A DNA stretch of 64,000 nt from Histomonas meleagridis 2922-C6/04-290x. Lineage: Eukaryota; Protista; Parabasalia. The DNA lies in contig JAANOX010000111.1 of assembly GCA_020184695.1 (NCBI GenBank), positions 182,596 to 246,595 of the forward strand, written 5' to 3'. A program made the translations under genes and the position numbers. A model generated the notes under the pieces. The model made no database searches. It saw only the letters and a program-made list of their open reading frames with translations, and was not told the origin of the DNA. Position 1 is the first letter of the stretch. Every line of letters begins with the position of its first letter. Positions 10,977-22,363 of the stretch are shown here, piece by piece.

Positions 10977-11511
10977 TTCTTTCGTTTAGAATTTTGAATT
11001 AACTCACAAAAAACGGATCAAATTTCTTGCAAAATATACAATGCTTATTTGGTCAAAGCGAAAATGATCCTATTTTTAATCACATGAATGGAACGCTTAA
11101 CTAATGCAAAAATTAATGTTACCATGAAACTCTCAAAATTAGAATGTAATTTTTTGTTTTCAGCAAAAAAAATTAAATTATTGATATAGTAAAATTAATT
11201 GCTAGTGAGCTCAAATCCACTAATGATTGCTAAAGTAATTTTGTATTCCTTTTCACATTATATTACAAAAATACTAAAAATTATAACAATATTTCTTGCA
11301 ATATGATTAAAATCTTTTCCCTAAAAAAGAGGAAATATTTTAAAAACCATTATTGGGAAATTGGGAAATACACAAAAAATAGAATTTCTGTTTTTTTTTT
11401 TAAATTTTTATACTTCAGAAAAAAGTCAATATTCATTCATTACAAGAAGATAGAAATGCGTGTAAAAAAAAATAAAATCAAAAATAAACTATTTTTAGTT
11501 TAGATCATTCA

Positions 11512-12738
11512 TTAAACTGAATTCAGCCGATCATCGTTATAATTTTTAGCGTCTTCACCCATTTCTTTTCCTTTTGTTTCTGGCATGAAGAAAAATCCGT
11601 ATATTGCTGCGCAAGTACAAAAACAGCCAAAAAGAAAGAAACTCCAGCTCGGAGTCAACTTTTCCGTGATGAAAGGCCAAACAAAGACAGTGGCTGATGA
11701 AATCAACCAATTTAATCCTGTCATTATTGAAACAGCAAGTGTTCTTACTGAATCAGGGAACAATTCAGGAACAATCATCCAAGGAACAGGACCAAATGCA
11801 ATACCGAAGAAGAACACGTCGGTGAACAAAGAAACCAAAGATAAGAATGGATTAATTTTCCATAATTCTTGTGCCCATATTAAGAACAAGGCAAGCATTT
11901 GTCCTGCAGATGAAACTATCCATGATGGTCTCCTTCCAAGCTTATGAATTACGAAGGACGCAATCAATGTTGCAATAACTTGTGCAATTCCTGTAATGAG
12001 AGAACAAACAGCTGGTGATATCTGAATGTTTGCATCTTTAAATATTTTTTCTAAGTTGGTTAAAATTGGATTGATACCAGAAAACTGTTGAAAGACAATT
12101 AAAAGAAAAGAAGAAAATAATGGCGGAAAGAATTTCTTTTGTAACAAACTTTCTTTTTCTACATCAGTTTCTTCTTGATTTGCTGGACTTTCTGGAACAA
12201 ACCAAATTAAAATACATAAAAGTAATGGTGATATCATACACACAAATGCTAATGTTCTCCATATACAAAAAATACCTAAGAAATAAACCCATACAATTCC
12301 TAATGTAATCATAAGTTGATGAATTACACCATATGAACCACGATATTTAGAAGGTGCTGTTTCAACAATATACATAGAACAAACACCCGAAAATCCACCA
12401 GTACAAATACCCATGAGAGACCTTGCAAGAAAAGCAAGCCAATAATAATTAAGTTTCGTAACTCCAAGCAATATCCATGAAATAAATGATACAACAGAAA
12501 TTGTAAATGTCATCTTCTTTCTTCCTAAAAGTGGAATAAGAAAATTATTGATTGGACCACCAAGAATACCAAATAAAGGATGCAATGTATTAAAGATATT
12601 TGCTTGTGTTGGGTTAAGGTTCAATTCTTTTTGTAATGGTTCACCAGCTGGAGAATAATATGCAATACCAAGACCACATATAGAGGAACCAATACCAATT
12701 ATTAATACATATAATAGATGTCTACTAAAGAAGCTCAT
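11512..12738 (-). CDS. MFS sugar porter family transporter (tandem paralog)
   Basis: FQQFSGINPI, GRRP, GPVPWMIVPELFP, PETKG signatures. Confidence 0.95.
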   Translation of the reverse strand: MSFFSRHLLYVLIIGIGSSICGLGIAYYSPAGEPLQKELNLNPTQANIFNTLHPLFGILGGPINNFLIPLLGRKKMTFTISVVSFISWILLGVTKLNYYWLAFLARSLMGICTGGFSGVCSMYIVETAPSKYRGSYGVIHQLMITLGIVWVYFLGIFCIWRTLAFVCMISPLLLCILIWFVPESPANQEETDVEKESLLQKKFFPPLFSSFLLIVFQQFSGINPILTNLEKIFKDANIQISPAVCSLITGIAQVIATLIASFVIHKLGRRPSWIVSSAGQMLALFLIWAQELWKINPFLSLVSLFTDVFFFGIAFGPVPWMIVPELFPDSVRTLAVSIMTGLNWLISSATVFVWPFITEKLTPSWSFFLFGCFCTCAAIYGFFFMPETKGKEMGEDAKNYNDDRLNSV

Positions 12739-13140
12739 TATAAATATGTTTTTGTCTAATCCAAAACTTTACAAAGGAGAGGATTTTGATACAAATAAAA
12801 AAATTCAATTTAATAAATTTTATTTGAATGAAAAAGCATGAGTTTTTTGATTACGAATTCTTTGGAAAATGTATTTGATAACATTTAACGAACAAAAAAA
12901 TTATTAGAAACATAATAAATGAGACAATATTTGTGAATTTTCAATTTTTCATTTGGAAAATTATTAAATACTATTGAGATTAAGTTTTTTTATTTAATAT
13001 AAATCAAATAATATAAATAGATTTCAAAACATGTCCAATTTGAGAGAAATCTTTCTGTGAATTCAGCGTTCAGAATCCTGTCACTTTTAATTACAAATTT
13101 CGTCACTTTCTTAAATCTTAAGGAGCCGTTTATTCAAGAA

Positions 13141-13968
13141 ATGTATGAAACAAAGACTGCAGGCTTCAAAAGAAATAAGACAAATATGTTCAATGAAATT
13201 CGTGGACCAAGAAAATCTGTACCACCTTCAGGTGTACAAGATGCTAATTCAAATAATCTTGTAATTGCATTATCAGATAATATGAATATTAAATTATCAA
13301 TTCTTGAAAGAAAAATCACAGAACTTGATGACACATATACTCGTAGGATGCAACCAACTTTTGATAATGCCGAACTTGAGTTTTGTGATCATCAAATACG
13401 CCAAATTTCAAAAGAAATCAGTCAAAAAATTCAAAATCTTTATAATGAAACTAAGCGCCCTATTAAGACTGATGATCCTGATGTTGCTCAACTTCTTCTT
13501 AATCTTCAACAATGTCATCGAATACGTTTATCTTATCAAGTACAAAGATTCCGAAACATTCAAGCAACAAAAAGACCCGAAATACAAATGAAAGAGGAAA
13601 CTAACGATCCTATTTCAGAAATGTATGCTGATTTTAATGTTCAATCTAATGATCAAGAACATGCATCTCTTTTACAAAGAAATGCAGAGCAACAACAACA
13701 GAACGAAGAGATATCGCAACTTATCTCTATGATGAACGAATTAAATGCACTATTTCGCGATACATCATTACTCATTTTTGAACAAGGAACAGTTTTGGAT
13801 CGAATTGACACTAAAATAGAAATGTCTATTCAAAGTGTAAACCATGGGAATGAAGAGCTTGAAATTGCTAATCAGTATCAATCATCGAAATGTTTTTATG
13901 TTTACATTTTTGTGCTAGTTGTATTAATTGGAATTTGTTTGTTGATTATGATTTTTAGGAAAAGTTAA
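13141..13968 (+). CDS. Qa-SNARE, syntaxin-16-like (ATG at 13141 preferred over the track's GTG at 13057)
   Basis: N-peptide-like RNKTNMFNEIR, Habc region, SNARE motif IFEQGTVLDRID, C-terminal TM anchor. Confidence 0.88.
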   Translation: MYETKTAGFKRNKTNMFNEIRGPRKSVPPSGVQDANSNNLVIALSDNMNIKLSILERKITELDDTYTRRMQPTFDNAELEFCDHQIRQISKEISQKIQNLYNETKRPIKTDDPDVAQLLLNLQQCHRIRLSYQVQRFRNIQATKRPEIQMKEETNDPISEMYADFNVQSNDQEHASLLQRNAEQQQQNEEISQLISMMNELNALFRDTSLLIFEQGTVLDRIDTKIEMSIQSVNHGNEELEIANQYQSSKCFYVYIFVLVVLIGICLLIMIFRKS

Positions 13969-14194
13969 AAAAATTGTGTTCAAACTATCATAAAATCATT
14001 AAATGATCATATGTTGAATAAAAATAAAAATTATATAATAATTTGCTCTTAACGAAATTAAATTTACTGTAAAGACATTTTTATGCCGGCTTTAATGAAT
14101 AAATATTTTACACAAAATTTTCTTTTAATGTTTTATTATTTAAATTTTATTATATTTTATGTAAATTTTATACATAAAATTTGTTATTTTCTTT

Positions 14195-14651
14195 TTACGT
14201 TGTGAACTTTGGTTCTGTTTGAAGGAATTCAGCATTGTGTCCTGTCTTAAGGGTTCCTTGTTTTCAGTTGTTTGGATGCGTATTACAACAAGTGGTTCAG
14301 TGTCTGCGTTCTTGTAACTAAGGATGGCTCCAGTGCAACACAGAAAAACAGATCCTTCTTCAATTGGAAAGACTGTGCCATTGACTTGGTATTCAACTTT
14401 ACAATTGATAACAATGTGAACTTCTTCATTTTCTTTATGAGAATGATAGAAAGGTGCTTGTTTAGTTGGCAGATATCATATGATCCATATGAATTTACAG
14501 ATCCTGTTAAATGAAGAGCATTTGTGGTGAAAACTTTTCCTTCGACTTTTTTGCCAAAAGCTTCTAATGCGTAGTTACTAATTTCTGATGCTTTACCAAC
14601 ATTGATAGCGGTGTAATTAGATCCTTCAGAGATTGTTTAAGATGGAGACAT
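14195..14651 (-). pseudogene. Bacterial-type cupin gene, disrupted (early TAA and two frameshifts) or mis-assembled
   Basis: Reconstruction: MSPS*TISEGSNYTAINVGKASEISNY...GKVFTTNALHLTGS.../PTKQAPFYHSHKENEEVHIVI...YQVNGTVFPIEEGSVF.../GHNAEFLQTEPKFTT*. HxH...EE is cupin motif 1. Confidence 0.75.
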
Positions 14652-15026
14652 AAAAATAAAGCGAACTAAATTGTTCTGTAGTTCAATTAATTGAAAAGAT
14701 TTTTCTTTTACTACTATTCATAACCTTCATTAATATTTAGAAATGATGTTTTATTATCATTATCATTTTTTTTAAGAAGAAAAGCATAAATATTAAAAAC
14801 AAAAAAGATAAAATATTACAATATTTATTCAGCAAACATTATTTTGAAGTAAATAACTTTTCGAAAGAAATTTCAAAACGATTTTTTCTATTGTAAAAAC
14901 ACGAGAGATCGTCATTTAACCATGTTTTTCACCAAGTACTGATGACATATAGTAGTTTTTAAAACAATTAAAAATATGAAACATTTTTACAAACATTTTG
15001 TTTTCCAAAATTATCGAAATATATGC

Positions 15027-16034
15027 CTAGAATGCTTTGCCTGATTTGGAAAATTTCCCTGTAAGGCTTAGCAACATCAGTATGTCTACAGGAGCAATCA
15101 GATTTCCGCCAAAATTAATTGAATTTTTACCAGCTAAAATATTTTCAAATTTAACATTATCAAAAATCACAATTGTTTCTGTTGCACTACTCGCTTTTCT
15201 TTTAAGCATTTCCAATGAAACCGGACTTATGAGTTTCAAAACCTTGAAATAAAAAGCAATTCTGTTATTTTCCAAAATCGGGACGATTTCGTATCGTTCA
15301 TTTTTTGAATCGAAAAATAAACGGTACACATTGAAAAATCCTTTGATGAAGTTTGATGCGCTGAAGAATTGGAGGAAAATGTCCAATGAATAAGAAATTC
15401 CGATTTCGTTAGTAAAGCTCATTTCGAATTTTGGTACAACAGTACATTCTCGTATGAAATCTTTTGGTGTGACTAATTCTGGTATTTTTTCAAATGCTGA
15501 AAGAATGTGAAAATTTGTAAATCTGTATGAAAGATCTGACTTGGGTGAATCTCTGGATCTTAAACCATTTCTGTTTGTTGCAGGAAAATTTGGTGGTGAT
15601 TCACATATCAAAATTGAAACAATGATTCCTTTAATACGGATATCTTTTGGAATCTCATAGATTATAGCACGCTTGTGATACTCTGTTTCAGAACAACACA
15701 TCGTTTCGAATATATTTGTAGTTGTACACATAATTCGATGTGAAGAATCTTTACACTTTGGATCTAGAAAAAATATTCCTGAATGCATAACGGCAGCTGC
15801 TAAATCACTTTCTAATGTGTAATGAACATTTCCATAAAAGTTACGATCTACAATTGGAGGATGTCGAAATGAGAAAAAATGATTATCAATAAAAAATGTA
15901 AAAACATTTCCAATAGATGGGCTTAATTCTCTTATATCGAAGTAAGGGAAATACTCAATAATTTTTGATTGTATAATAGGCTCACATAATAATATTGGCT
16001 CCTTATTTTTTGGAATTTTCGGCGGCCTAATCAT
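15027..16034 (-). CDS. Rxt3-like (histone deacetylase complex-associated) domain protein
   Basis: FYGNVHYTLESDLAAAVMHSG resembles the Rxt3 G..YT.DSD....H.G motif. Confidence 0.55.
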   Translation of the reverse strand: MIRPPKIPKNKEPILLCEPIIQSKIIEYFPYFDIRELSPSIGNVFTFFIDNHFFSFRHPPIVDRNFYGNVHYTLESDLAAAVMHSGIFFLDPKCKDSSHRIMCTTTNIFETMCCSETEYHKRAIIYEIPKDIRIKGIIVSILICESPPNFPATNRNGLRSRDSPKSDLSYRFTNFHILSAFEKIPELVTPKDFIRECTVVPKFEMSFTNEIGISYSLDIFLQFFSASNFIKGFFNVYRLFFDSKNERYEIVPILENNRIAFYFKVLKLISPVSLEMLKRKASSATETIVIFDNVKFENILAGKNSINFGGNLIAPVDILMLLSLTGKFSKSGKAF

Positions 16035-16244
16035 TTTGAAATGTTATGTGAAATTCATAATGAAGCACTTTTTATGTAAAGTTGAAATTTACTTGTTATT
16101 ATAATTTTATACTAAGTTCGAAGATTTAAAAATATTTTTCTAGAAGTATTTAAAAACCTCTAAAATTATTTTTATTTGAAAATATCACTCATCGTAAAAA
16201 TCAATCAAATATAAACAGAAAAAGAGAAACAACATTTATTATCT

Positions 16245-17759
16245 TTAACTTTTTTGAAAGAATAGTACAGAAGCATTTTTTTGGTGTACATCTTGTTCCG
16301 AAATTTCATTACATTTTTCATTACTAAATTCGATCCATTTTCCTATATCATTATCCAACACAGCTGCATTAAAACACTTATTTTCATCCATATAAATCAC
16401 ACCAAACAATTGATATATACCGACGCCAATTGAAGAAAATGACGACAAATCAATTTCATCCGGGAAAGAAACTTTTTTCGTGATAACATTTTCGTTACCG
16501 AAATTTCTTTCCAAATGTATTATAAGAACTTCCGCCGCATTTTCGACAGTTTCAACTTGAAATGGACAACAAGAGATTCCACAGCTTGGACACTTAAATC
16601 GTAATGATTGATCGGGTTGTACACTTGCAGCTGAATGCGCTATACAATCAGAAAGAAGTGTTTCTTCATTATCTATTTCCGGAATTTTTAATGTTAAAAC
16701 AAAAAAATGTTTTTTCGAACTAAAAAAATTATTACAAATGCTGCACTCGATGATCACATGCAAAGTACCGCAAAATATGGAGCTAATGGGCGAATCATTT
16801 TCATTGTTATTAGTGTCGTCGGAGAGGCTTTCAATGATGGAATTTATGTATGGAAATGGATCTGTGGTCTTGCGAAAAATTAATGGATATTTGTTGGAAA
16901 GTATTTGCTTAAAGGTGTCAACAGAGATAAGAGCAGTGTCATCCGAAAGGAGATCTTGTGAAAGGGCAATAAATTGTTTGATTAGAATTGGATTTGTAAT
17001 TATGTGATTATTATGATTTTCGGATTTGATAAAATCAGAAAGTGGTGGAATACGAACAAGAACTTGAAGTGAAGAATTGAGAGCGGTGTCATTGCTTTTG
17101 ATTCCACGATAATTTTTGGTCATTTTCGGTGGATTAATTGGATTCAATTCAGTGGGTTGAGATTCATTAACATGAAGAGAAAATGTGGTAGAATAAAGAT
17201 GCGTTGCTTCTTCAATGGTAAGTGATTTATCTATTACTTTGGAATTATCTGTGGATGTAAAATTTGAAATAGAATTGTTAACTTTGATTGCGGAACAAAA
17301 GTAGTTCAAGACAGAAGCAACAGACCATTTGGGATCAACAACTTTTTTGTAAACATGGTCATTGTAATTAATTAAAAGGGTAATGGGTGATTTTATGAAA
17401 GTAGGTTTACCTGTTTCAGCTGACCTAGTAAAAGGTCTTACAATTTTTGGACCACCTTTGAAAATCTCTGATAATTGGTCATATAATTCAACAGATATTC
17501 CTGAAAAATCATGACCTGCTCTTTTGTTTGGATCAAACTTCCTATTGTTACAAAGAAGATGGTTTGGGATTTTACCGGGCATTTCTGCTTCATCTGATTT
17601 AATCCATGAAATCAATTTCTTTAACCAATTAATTTCAACAAGAGCCAAATACTGAGCTTTATTAGTTGCTTCTGGGAGAACAAAATCTCTTTTTCTTTTT
17701 TTTAGTTCTGCTTTTAATTCCTGAATGTTTTCTTTTTTCATTTTTGAATCGTTAATCAC
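16245..17759 (-). CDS. DUSP + USP-fold ubiquitin hydrolase-like protein, probably catalytically dead
   Basis: N-terminal W..W..PGKIPN...FSEIFKGGP (DUSP); USP boxes LNSSLQVL, CxxC pairs, VLIIHLERNF, VSFPDEIDLS, YQLFGVI. Catalytic Cys and His are missing. Confidence 0.8.
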   Translation of the reverse strand: MINDSKMKKENIQELKAELKKRKRDFVLPEATNKAQYLALVEINWLKKLISWIKSDEAEMPGKIPNHLLCNNRKFDPNKRAGHDFSGISVELYDQLSEIFKGGPKIVRPFTRSAETGKPTFIKSPITLLINYNDHVYKKVVDPKWSVASVLNYFCSAIKVNNSISNFTSTDNSKVIDKSLTIEEATHLYSTTFSLHVNESQPTELNPINPPKMTKNYRGIKSNDTALNSSLQVLVRIPPLSDFIKSENHNNHIITNPILIKQFIALSQDLLSDDTALISVDTFKQILSNKYPLIFRKTTDPFPYINSIIESLSDDTNNNENDSPISSIFCGTLHVIIECSICNNFFSSKKHFFVLTLKIPEIDNEETLLSDCIAHSAASVQPDQSLRFKCPSCGISCCPFQVETVENAAEVLIIHLERNFGNENVITKKVSFPDEIDLSSFSSIGVGIYQLFGVIYMDENKCFNAAVLDNDIGKWIEFSNEKCNEISEQDVHQKNASVLFFQKS

Positions 17760-17936
17760 CTTTTTTACAATAGAAGATATCGGTTTATCAGAAAATTGAA
17801 ATGTTTACGGCATTTTTGAATAGTGCGATAGAAAAAACCAAAGCTTCTTGTTTTTCTGGCAAGTTAAGTTTTCATGTAAACAACAGAAATTTTTGGTGAA
17901 CTTCACCAGCGCAATTGATATCCCTCTCCATTTCTA

Positions 17937-19286
17937 ATGAAAAATTTATGTACGGCAATACAGAAGGGAGAGAAAGGAGATAAAGTTGATGCAATTGCTG
18001 AGTGCTTATTAGGAATTGCAACTTTATCAGAAAATGACAAAGTATCTCCGTTAATTTTTACTTCAATTATCGATTCCTTTGGTTCTTGTTGTAAAAATAT
18101 TCGAGAAATGGAGAACTGTGATTTTCGTGAAGTACCACCTCTTCCTTCATTAGCTGAACAAGTCAAACATGAAAGCATACATCAATATGCGATTGCACCA
18201 AAAGCTTTACCCAAAGAAGAAAAAATACCAGACAGCAGGCTATCATCTGGCGCTAACAGATTTGTATCCAAAAACATTGAAAGGACAGCAGCTCCATCAT
18301 TTCAAACAGCTGCCTCAGCAATGGGTATTGTTTCCAAAAAGAAAGACAACGAAAACAAACAAAATGAAGCCCAACCACCCGAAGAAGATGAAAGACTTCG
18401 TGGTGTTGACAAACGGCTTATTGAAATTATTGAACAAGAAATTCTCATATCCACGCCCAATGTTAAATGGGATGACGTTGCTGGGCTTGAAGAAGCCAAA
18501 TCTGCAGTCAATGAAGCCATTATACTTCCAATGCATCATCCACAATACTTCACAGGATTACGAAAGCCACCACGAGGCGTCCTCTTTTTTGGCCCTCCTG
18601 GCACAGGCAAGACCATGATAGCGAAGGCTTTAGCCACCGAAGCCGGCTGCACATTTTTCAACATTAGTGCCTCATCTCTCACATCTAAATGGATAGGCGA
18701 AGGCGAGAAGCTCACTCGTGCCTTATTTTGCGTTGCTCGAGTCAAAGCTCCTTCGATCATATTTATTGATGAAATTGATTCGCTCTTAACGAAACGCACG
18801 GACACTGATTTTGAAGCCTCCCGACGTGTTAAGACGGAATTTCTTCTTCAATTTGAAGGAGTTTCATCCGGCTCAGAACGCATTTTGGTTTTGGGCGCCA
18901 CGAATCGTCCACAGGACTTAGACGATGCAGCGCGGCGGCGCTTCACTAAGCGGATTTACATACCATTACCCGACGAGGACACGCGGAAAGCGCTGATACA
19001 CCTTCTGTTGAAGCAGGCGCCGAACACGATCACTGATGACGAAGTCGCAAAGATCATCGAAATCACTGACGGGTACTCGTGCGCAGACATATCGACGCTG
19101 TGCCACGAGGCGGCGATGATACCGTTCAGAGGGCTGAAGTTCAACCAGATAAAGTCAGAAAGCGACGTGCCGCCAATGACGTTCGACGACATCGTGAAGG
19201 CGGCAAAGTCAATACACCCGTCGGTGTCGGCGGACTCGATAAGGCAATACGTGGAGTGGAACAAGGAGTTCGGCTACACGGCATAG
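17937..19286 (+). CDS. Microtubule-severing-type AAA ATPase (fidgetin/spastin/katanin clade)
   Basis: VKWDDVAGLEEAK, GPPGTGKT (Walker A), IFIDEID (Walker B), ATNRPQDLDDAARRRF, YVEWNKEFG. Confidence 0.93.
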   Translation: MKNLCTAIQKGEKGDKVDAIAECLLGIATLSENDKVSPLIFTSIIDSFGSCCKNIREMENCDFREVPPLPSLAEQVKHESIHQYAIAPKALPKEEKIPDSRLSSGANRFVSKNIERTAAPSFQTAASAMGIVSKKKDNENKQNEAQPPEEDERLRGVDKRLIEIIEQEILISTPNVKWDDVAGLEEAKSAVNEAIILPMHHPQYFTGLRKPPRGVLFFGPPGTGKTMIAKALATEAGCTFFNISASSLTSKWIGEGEKLTRALFCVARVKAPSIIFIDEIDSLLTKRTDTDFEASRRVKTEFLLQFEGVSSGSERILVLGATNRPQDLDDAARRRFTKRIYIPLPDEDTRKALIHLLLKQAPNTITDDEVAKIIEITDGYSCADISTLCHEAAMIPFRGLKFNQIKSESDVPPMTFDDIVKAAKSIHPSVSADSIRQYVEWNKEFGYTA

Positions 19287-19798
19287 AATGTTCTGTAATA
19301 AATGTTATGTAATTAACTGTTTTAGGAGCAGTGCAATTAATTAATTAAATTCATGCGGCAAATTCAAATTGATATATTTGTTGAATAATAATAAAAAAAC
19401 ATTTTTGATAATGTGAAGTGCTTCTAATGAATTTGAATGATATAAAATCGCTTGTGGCTCAATCACCAGTCAATTTCTCTATCGGTGAGACATGCGAAGC
19501 GTTTGTACACAAATGTTCGTGTTTTGTGCTGATGGAATTAGCAAAAAAAATTTTTTTATATGCACGTGAAACAATGTTGAGCTCTGTCATTGCAAAAAGT
19601 TCTTCTTTTAGGTGAAGATTATATCAAACAATAATTACATGTATAAAGTATGTTTAATTAGATCTCAATAATTATGTTATCATTGTAGTAATCGAAATTA
19701 TAAAAAACAATTTGAATGTTTAAAATAAGTTTTATTAAATATATATTTACATAACATTTAAAACTTAAGCGCACATGAAATACTGGTGATAAAGTGGG

Positions 19799-21028
19799 TT
19801 ATTTTTCATCATTTTTATTAACAATTGTATCTTTTTGTGGTTTTTCATCAGTTTCATTTTCATTTTTATCATTAATTTCATTTTCCTTTTCGTTCTTCTT
19901 CACGTTGCTAATGTATCCGTCGCTTGTCATATACAATTTCGGGAATTCCTGGAAAACATTCACGACCACATTTGCGTTCATTATTCCATTTTCGCATGTA
20001 ATCAATGACATTCTGCAATCGCTTTTGTCTCCGCAAATGTCGATCATAAACGAATCGCTTTCCAATTTACCGAAGTTATGTTGATGGCCACAGACAATGA
20101 TATCATTTTCGCATTGTTTCCATTCAGTACATTGCTCTATATAGCGATTGACATCGTAATATTTGTTACGAAATCCAGCGCGCGCATGACGAAAGAGAAC
20201 TGAACCTTTTTTTATTTTATATAAAATCGATCCGAAACATGACAAAAAGTAATCATAAAGAAGTTGTAATTGGGAATATGTAAAACGCTTTTGATATTTA
20301 CCTTTGCCAAATACATATTCGTTGTCAATGACATGAAATTCGCCAGTAGAAATATCATGAAGACAATCAACTTCCGAATTCCCAGCTATAAAATAGACCC
20401 TTCGAGTGGATACTTGTTGAAACGAGGTGGAGCCAAAGAAAATACTGCAAAATGAATCCTGTGGTGAAGTGAGTGGATGATGAACGAAAAATTCTTGCAA
20501 TGATTCAAGTGTATGAAGACTGTCTTGAAAGGACTTGGAGGAATAGGAAATGTCATCAAAAAGATCTCCAAGGAAGATAAAAGGAATATGAGGATTGCTA
20601 TCAATAAGTGATTTAATATATTGAATTTTATGATGTTGTCCTTCAATATCCCCAATGGCTATACAAATAACATTGTTTGGAAGAGGATTATGAAAGAAAT
20701 TTTGAAGAAAATGCTTATCCGTTTTATTTTGATTTTTATTAAATTGTTTATTGTCTTCCTTATTTAGTGGATTGAGCTGTTCTTTATTACTATGGAAATT
20801 TGATTTTTTTGTTATTGAATTATTATCTTCGATAATTTTTTTCATCTGAAAAAGATATTTGTCAATTGAACGAATGTAATTATCAAATGTGCTTTCTGTG
20901 CGGATTTTTGATTTTTTGTGCTTCGGATAAAATCCATAATAAGATTCCATTTGATGATTCGAACTTAACGTTCGCCAAGGATTGGTGGACGTTAATTTAA
21001 AATACGTTAATCCCTTTTCAATTTCCAT
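19799..21028 (-). CDS. Calcineurin-like metallophosphoesterase domain protein
   Basis: AIGDIEG, FLGDLFD, AGNSEV, FRHA, CGHQH in canonical order. Confidence 0.75.
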   Translation of the reverse strand: MEIEKGLTYFKLTSTNPWRTLSSNHQMESYYGFYPKHKKSKIRTESTFDNYIRSIDKYLFQMKKIIEDNNSITKKSNFHSNKEQLNPLNKEDNKQFNKNQNKTDKHFLQNFFHNPLPNNVICIAIGDIEGQHHKIQYIKSLIDSNPHIPFIFLGDLFDDISYSSKSFQDSLHTLESLQEFFVHHPLTSPQDSFCSIFFGSTSFQQVSTRRVYFIAGNSEVDCLHDISTGEFHVIDNEYVFGKGKYQKRFTYSQLQLLYDYFLSCFGSILYKIKKGSVLFRHARAGFRNKYYDVNRYIEQCTEWKQCENDIIVCGHQHNFGKLESDSFMIDICGDKSDCRMSLITCENGIMNANVVVNVFQEFPKLYMTSDGYISNVKKNEKENEINDKNENETDEKPQKDTIVNKNDEK

Positions 21029-22363
21029 AATGTTTTTAAAATCTTCTCGTTCCCAGTAAAATCTTCAATCATTCTGATTTATTCTCTATGTCTGTTTCGG
21101 TTATTTCATTTCCACTCAGTAAATTAAATAATTTTAAGTGATCATAAAGTTTTATTAAATGTTCTATAGAAGGAGCAAGCGTTTTACACTTCCATTTCTT
21201 GGCATTGATATTAATAATTTTGGAATCAATTAATCAGTTTTAGCACAGAAAATAAGAAAAATCATTTTTTATATTTATATTTGGATATTTTCTTATTTAT
21301 ACGAATTTTACTTATTGACCATGCAATCGCTATTTATAGATAAACGAAAATTAAATAAATACAACACATTTATTTTTTTATATGTAATTACATTCACTGA
21401 AAACTGTTCCAAATGATGCTTATACCTTACTATTTATAAATATAAACAATAATAACATAATTTTATACGATTCTCTCTTTAAATTTAAAAACACAATGTT
21501 GTCATATTTCTTGCAAGGGACGAATTTCTGATGTGGATACCTAACCAAAAAGAAAAAAATTGTATCTGAAAAATGGTTTTAATATAGATTACATTGTTTA
21601 TTTTTTAATAGTTAAACAATTTTGTATTTATTCAATAAATTTTTCTTCAAGATTTTAAAATCTTCTGCAAATGTATCTTCTTCGACTCTTCTCAGAAATT
21701 CCTGTTACAAATACATTCGTGGTTTCCTTTTCCTTTTGTTTCTATTTTCATTTTCTTCCGAATTTTCATTGCCATTAATCTCTTTCACTTATTTCAAATT
21801 CGAATTAGTAAAACAATTAGAAATGTTATGATAATAATAAATAGTTATTGCATTATTATCATCAATTTGAGATTCATTTACATTATTTAATATTAATAAT
21901 TATTAATAACTCATTAAGATCATATATACGGTAAATCTTCTGATTCACTGTTTGTAAACTTATGTATTCTCGTAATACCGATGAAAAAACAAAAAGTCAA
22001 GTGGTTTAGCAGATAATTATTTTTGTAACGCTGGAAAGAATTCTAAGCTTTATTAATACAAAATAATTTAAAACTGTAAATAACCAACAAAAAAATGTCA
22101 GTTCACCAATTCTAAAGAAACTCAACTTCTCTGATATTTATTTAAATAAACAATCATAAATATATTTAAAAAAAATCTTTATATCTAAATATTCTAAATA
22201 TTTTTTATAAAAAAATCTTTTGCTCTTTGTCCAGAAGACATTTTGAATGTTTTTTTGGCTGAACACAAACATTTGTCAATTAATTTTTGAACGGTTTACT
22301 CTCGGTTTGATTCAATTTGACAGAAAAGCGATTATGTTCCAACCGCTGATATAACTTTCATAG

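Noticed and set aside
18169-19312. Several overlapping ORFs within the AAA ATPase
   Set aside because: By-products of the locally high GC content; no recognisable protein features.
21620-21900. Coding-like fragment on the minus strand (NENSEENENRNKRKRKPR)
   Set aside because: Short, low-complexity and interrupted by stops; cannot be supported as a gene.
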